The translations under genes and the position numbers were made by a program. DNA of 60,717 nucleotides from an uncultured Thermoplasmata archaeon (GTDB lineage: Archaea > Thermoplasmatota > Thermoplasmata > Halarchaeoplasmatales > Halarchaeoplasmataceae): contig CAZPCW010000004.1 in the NCBI GenBank assembly GCA_964585175.1, positions 1-60,717 on the forward strand, given 5' to 3'. The notes below the pieces were generated by a model that saw nothing but the letters and a program-made list of their open reading frames with translations, searched no databases and had not been told where the DNA came from. Shown piece by piece: positions 56,594-60,717 of the stretch (position 1 is the stretch's first letter; each line of letters begins with the position of its first letter).

Positions 56594-56702
56594 GGGAGAG
56601 ATTAGAGTTTCCTTCTTTAATAAATGTTGAGTGCTTATATTAGTTCCCTCGAGTTGTATAATGACGGCAACTATTATTTAGCCTCTCTAGATTCTGCCTT
56701 TG

Positions 56703-58619
56703 ATGTCGATATCGATAGATATAGGCGGGACTTTCACCGATTTTGTAGTTATAGATGAAGATATAGAACATTTCAAGGTGCCCTCGACCCCTGAAAGTCC
56801 AGAAAGGGCGGTACGAAACGGATTGGAAAGTAAAGATATAGAAGTGAAGGGAGATATATTCCACGGAACTACCGTCGCGACGAACGCGATTCTAGAAAAA
56901 GAAGGAGTCGAATCAGCTTTTATCACCAACAAAAGTTTTGAAGAAATACTTTTCATTGGGAGGCAGGACAGACCGAAACTTTACGATCTGCATGTCGAAA
57001 GGCCTAAACCTCCAATTGGGAAAGAGAACACGTACGGTATAACCGGAAGGATAGATTCAAACGGAAAGATCCTAGAGGAGATTTCTGAAGAAGAGGTGAA
57101 TGAATTGGCTGAAAAATTGAGTGAAAAAGGTCTTTCCGCGGCTGTATGCCTATTGCATTCTTATCGAAATTCAGAGCAAGAAAAGAAGGTTGGAGAGATT
57201 TTGAATGATCACGGCGTGACTCATTCACTTTCTCACAAGATCACCGGCGAATTCAGAGAGTACGAGAGAGGTATGACCACTTTACTCGACGCCTATCTTA
57301 CTCCGCTGATAGAGGATTATTTCGACTCTTTTTCAGGGATAGTTGGGAAAGAGCCGTACATAATGAAATCCGGAGGCGGTCTCGAGCCGAGTTCCAAGAT
57401 CGATGCGGTCGACTGCTTGTACTCTGGTCCCGCGGGAGGTGTAGCTGGAGCCGCTTTCCTCGCCGGGAAGCTCGATATTCCGAATATGGTGACCTTCGAT
57501 ATGGGCGGTACGAGCGCGGACATGGCGACGGTCATCGATGGACAGATCGCTTGGAAAGATCAGGGCGAGATAGAGAGCTTTCCCGTACAGTCCAAGATGG
57601 TCGATATAATGACCGTCGGATCGGGAGGCGGCAGCATAGCTAGATGTGATGAGGGAGGAGCTTTGAGAGTCGGACCGGAAAGTGCTAGAGCTCAGCCCGG
57701 ACCCGTTTGTTACGGAAGAGGCGGTGAACGACCGACGGTTACCGACGCGTTGCTTCTGATGGGATACATAGATTCCGACTATTTCCTCGGAGGCGAGATG
57801 GATTTGGATAATGAGAGCGCTAGAGAGTCTATAGAAAATCTGTCCGATCAGCTGGGCATGGATTTCGAGGAGACTTTGAGAGGAATATTCAAAGTCGCGA
57901 ATTCGAAGATGGCTAGAACGATGAAGAAGATCACGGTCGAAAGAGGACTGAAGCCCGAGGATTTTTCTATGCTCGCTTTCGGAGGCGCGGGTCCACTTCA
58001 CGCTGCTTCTCTAGCCGAAGAGACCGAGATGGAGAGGGTCATCATACCTCCGATGGCCGGTGTTTTCTCCGCTTTAGGTATGGTCACCGGCGACGTCGTT
58101 CATGACAAAAGCAGGACACTTTTGGTATCTTTAGATGAGAGAAACAAAATAGAGAGAGCTATCGAGGAGTTGAGGGGAAAAAATGATGAGGAGGGGGAGG
58201 AAAAGATACTGCTCGGATGCCGCTACAAGGGTCAGAGTTACCATATCAATATTCCACTGAACTTGGATGATTGGAATGTTTCGGAGAAATTCCACAGAGA
58301 ACATAAAAGAAAATACGGTTACGCTAACCGTGAAGAAGAAATAGAAGTGGTCAGAGCCCACATGGAAATAAGAAAAGAAAGAGAGGTAAAAGACCTTCCT
58401 TATATGTCAAAAGAAGGTGAACATCCACCTTCTCGAAAATGTTTATTTTCTGAGGGTTGGAAAGACACTTCCATATATTACAGAAAATACCTTTCCGAGG
58501 ATGAGAGAGGACACGGACCTTCGATCATAGAGGCTTCGAATTCCACTATATTGGTACCTCCCGGTTGGGATTGGCGGGTGAGAGAATCTGGAACTATCGA
58601 GATGGAGGCGGTAAAATGA
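56703..58619 (+). CDS. hyuA: Hydantoinase/oxoprolinase A subunit (HyuA family)
   Basis: SIDIGGTFTDF, HGTTVATNAILE and DMGGTSADM motifs, 638-639 aa. Confidence 0.9.
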   Translation: MSISIDIGGTFTDFVVIDEDIEHFKVPSTPESPERAVRNGLESKDIEVKGDIFHGTTVATNAILEKEGVESAFITNKSFEEILFIGRQDRPKLYDLHVERPKPPIGKENTYGITGRIDSNGKILEEISEEEVNELAEKLSEKGLSAAVCLLHSYRNSEQEKKVGEILNDHGVTHSLSHKITGEFREYERGMTTLLDAYLTPLIEDYFDSFSGIVGKEPYIMKSGGGLEPSSKIDAVDCLYSGPAGGVAGAAFLAGKLDIPNMVTFDMGGTSADMATVIDGQIAWKDQGEIESFPVQSKMVDIMTVGSGGGSIARCDEGGALRVGPESARAQPGPVCYGRGGERPTVTDALLLMGYIDSDYFLGGEMDLDNESARESIENLSDQLGMDFEETLRGIFKVANSKMARTMKKITVERGLKPEDFSMLAFGGAGPLHAASLAEETEMERVIIPPMAGVFSALGMVTGDVVHDKSRTLLVSLDERNKIERAIEELRGKNDEEGEEKILLGCRYKGQSYHINIPLNLDDWNVSEKFHREHKRKYGYANREEEIEVVRAHMEIRKEREVKDLPYMSKEGEHPPSRKCLFSEGWKDTSIYYRKYLSEDERGHGPSIIEASNSTILVPPGWDWRVRESGTIEMEAVK

Positions 58620-60151
58620 ATGAATTAGACCCTACAACATTGGAGGTCATGAAGCACGCTTTTACCGCGATACCGGAACAGATGGGCGCTTCGCTTCAAA
58701 GAAGCGCTTACTCGCCCAATATCAAAGAGAGGAAGGACGAGTCCTGTGCACTTTTCACCGCTGAAAGAGAGATGATAGCTCAGGCTGAACATATCCCGGT
58801 TCACTTGGGGGCTATGCCGAGCGCTTTGAAGAGCGCGGTGGACGAATGCGAGATTAGACCGGGAGAACAGTTGATCTTGAACGATCCTTATTCTGGTGGA
58901 ACTCACCTTCCCGATATAACGCTGATCAAACCGGTATTTCGTAAAGAGGGTCTGTTAGGCTATGTGGTGAACAGAGCGCATCACGCCGACGTGGGTGGAG
59001 AAACACCGGGATCGATGCCCGGGGAAAGTAAGGTTTTGGATGAAGAGGGTATAATTATATCTCCGAAAAGAGCGGTAAAAAAGGGAGAACTATTGCCGGA
59101 GATAATCGAACTGCTTGAAAAAGCTCGCTCTCCTGAAGAGAGGATCGGCGATCTAAAGGCTCAAGTCGGCGCGAACGAGAGAGGTGCGGAGGAGTTCAAA
59201 AAGACGGTCGAAAAGTTCGGGTTTGAGGATTACAGAGCTTTCAAAGACCAGGTGATGGATTACTCAGAAAAAAGGGCGAGAGAGATGATAAGTGAACTGC
59301 CAGATACGGTCGTGGGTTCTGAGGATATTATGGAATGGGAAGATGGTGTGAAGTTGAAAGCGAGCATCGAGATCGAGGAAAGTTACCTAAAAATAGATTT
59401 TTCCGGGACCGATCCTCAGGTCGAGGCGAACATAAACGCTCCGAAACCAGTCACTTATTCTGCCGTATACTATGTATTGAGATGTTTGTTACCTGAAGAC
59501 GTTCCTGTCAACAACGGAAGCTATCGACCGGTCGAGATAAGTATTCCGAAAGGCAGCGTATTGAATCCGAATCCGCCCGCCGCGGTCTCCGCAGGTAACG
59601 TTGAAACTTCCCAGAGAGTGGTAGAGCTGATGTTAAGAGCTCTATACCCAGTACTTCCGGATAAGATACCGGCGGAAAGTCAGGGAACCATGAACAACCT
59701 GATAATAGGCACTGAGGATTTCACCTATTACGAGACGATAGGGGGAGGAGTCGGTGCATCGGCTTCGGGCGACGGTGAAAGCGGGGTTCACGTTCACATG
59801 ACCAACACCAAGAACACGCCTATAGAATCTATAGAGAACGATTATCCTCTCAAAGTTATCGCCTATGGTCTGAGGAAAAGCTCGGGTGGAGAAGGAAAGC
59901 ATAGTGGCGGTGAAGGAATAGTGCGGGAGATAGAGCTTCTTGAGGACGCTAGAGTTTCCATTCAATCTGAGAGAAGAAAGATTTCACCTAAGGGGATAAA
60001 TGGTGGAGAGAATGGGAAAACGGGTAAAAATATCAGAATTGAAGATAAAATAAATGAGGAATTAAACAGCAAAGTGAGTCTGAGTATGGGAAAAGGTGAA
60101 AAAGTAAGGATAGAGACACCAGGTGGAGGTGGATGGGGAAAAAAGTCCTGA
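58616..60151 (+). CDS. hyuB: Hydantoinase/oxoprolinase B subunit (HyuB family). The ATG at 58616 overlaps the hyuA stop (ATGA).
   Basis: DPTTLEVMKHAF...SPNIKERKDESCALF...NDPYSGGTHLPD...GGGGWG C-terminus. Confidence 0.9.
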   Translation: MNELDPTTLEVMKHAFTAIPEQMGASLQRSAYSPNIKERKDESCALFTAEREMIAQAEHIPVHLGAMPSALKSAVDECEIRPGEQLILNDPYSGGTHLPDITLIKPVFRKEGLLGYVVNRAHHADVGGETPGSMPGESKVLDEEGIIISPKRAVKKGELLPEIIELLEKARSPEERIGDLKAQVGANERGAEEFKKTVEKFGFEDYRAFKDQVMDYSEKRAREMISELPDTVVGSEDIMEWEDGVKLKASIEIEESYLKIDFSGTDPQVEANINAPKPVTYSAVYYVLRCLLPEDVPVNNGSYRPVEISIPKGSVLNPNPPAAVSAGNVETSQRVVELMLRALYPVLPDKIPAESQGTMNNLIIGTEDFTYYETIGGGVGASASGDGESGVHVHMTNTKNTPIESIENDYPLKVIAYGLRKSSGGEGKHSGGEGIVREIELLEDARVSIQSERRKISPKGINGGENGKTGKNIRIEDKINEELNSKVSLSMGKGEKVRIETPGGGGWGKKS

Positions 60152-60350
60152 ATAGAGAAGATACAAATCAAAGAATCTTCCTCGATCGCTTTGACTTATT
60201 AAAAAACCTTAAATAGTCGTCTGCACCATTGTACATAAGCGCAGTAATATCCTCGCGCACGTAAGAGTAATAAACGCGAGGAAAGATTCATTGGAAAAAA
60301 GCTAAAAAGACGATAGGTCCCTCTACATACTTTTAAGAACCCCGATTCCC

Positions 60351-60717
60351 ATGTCAAAACTCAGCACTAGGTTGATCGTGACTATAGCTGTGGTATCTGT
60401 TTTAGTGAGTTCTACTTTTATCGGAGCTTTTCAATACGTGAAGGTAGATGGCAAACACGATTATGACGTAGATGAGATGGACGAGAAAGCGGATTTCGTT
60501 CAATACATGCATAAAGACGGTGGCGATAGACTGACTAACGGGACTGAAGGAGACAACCGTACTGAAGACACGATCACCTCTGGAGATACATATAAATGGG
60601 TTCAGGAAATCGGTTTAGACAGTTCTCAAACGGTCGAGGACCTTTACAGTCGTTTGTATCTGGAACCTCTTCAGGAGATGGAGATCAGTATTAGCGGCGA
60701 TGACGGTTCTAAATCCG
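60351..60717 (+). CDS. 5' part of a gene for a secreted or membrane-anchored acidic protein. It runs off the window.
   Basis: ATG at 60351, then MSKLSTRLIVTIAVVSVLVSSTFIGAF (signal or anchor) and acidic sequence, open to the window end. Confidence 0.4.
   Translation, partial: MSKLSTRLIVTIAVVSVLVSSTFIGAFQYVKVDGKHDYDVDEMDEKADFVQYMHKDGGDRLTNGTEGDNRTEDTITSGDTYKWVQEIGLDSSQTVEDLYSRLYLEPLQEMEISISGDDGSKS

Noticed and set aside
57333-58001. A 222-aa antisense ORF inside hyuA. Similar long antisense or out-of-frame ORFs occur at 2200-2691, 36530-36919, 53976-54431, 54791-55261, 38336-38686, 45571-45924 and 608-889.
   Set aside because: All lie opposite or out of frame to genes with strong family motifs. 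They have low-complexity Ser/Leu/Phe/Arg-rich translations typical of shadow ORFs.

Overview
This is an archaeal chromosomal window. The evidence is archaeal-only markers: aRF1, aIF6, L37e, L39e, L31e, S19e, S24e, S27ae, Rpo7, Spt4, an LSm-L37e pair, FlaI/FlaJ-type pilus genes and a thermosome-like tail. The DNA looks AT-rich and the predicted proteins are very rich in Asp and Glu. That suggests a low-GC, salt-in halophilic archaeon, but I cannot name the lineage by eye and computed no composition values. Most of the window is housekeeping:
- an Mbh-type Mrp Na+/H+ antiporter module (1.3-6.9 kb)
- a type IV pilus-like operon (7.4-13.6 kb) next to a 964-aa PKD/CARDB surface protein
- argS, aRF1, lpdA and membrane pyrophosphatase
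- the rpo7-spt4-DPCK-S24e-S27ae cluster
- ADH and tungsten-type AOR, a P-type ATPase, glnA and an ECF transporter
- the eIF6-L31e-L39e-PDCD5-S19e cluster
- gltX, pcp and hydantoinase/oxoprolinase A/B

The observations most worth a second look are:
1. An AT-rich accessory stretch (22.5-29.2 kb). It holds a wHTH/P-loop-less STAND-like/TPR protein, a long coiled-coil partner and an orphan PIN gene. It also holds two paralogous 76-77 aa genes whose 44-nt dyad-rich upstream element is better conserved than the genes themselves.
2. An aberrant, apparently multi-intron tRNA-like gene (34410-34543), followed by a tandem series of repeats that resemble a tRNA 3' end.
3. Two tandem ~115-nt structured repeats, each with a TATA-like box, hairpins and an oligo-T tract (55.6-55.9 kb). 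These are candidate sRNA genes.
4. A pilus operon with two FlaI-family ATPases and a FlaJ/PilC-like gene split by a single in-frame TAA.
5. A tandem duplication of the MrpD-like subunit.

I saw no cas genes, integrases, transposases or rRNA genes. All calls come from reading motifs in the supplied translations and the DNA; no database search or computation was run.
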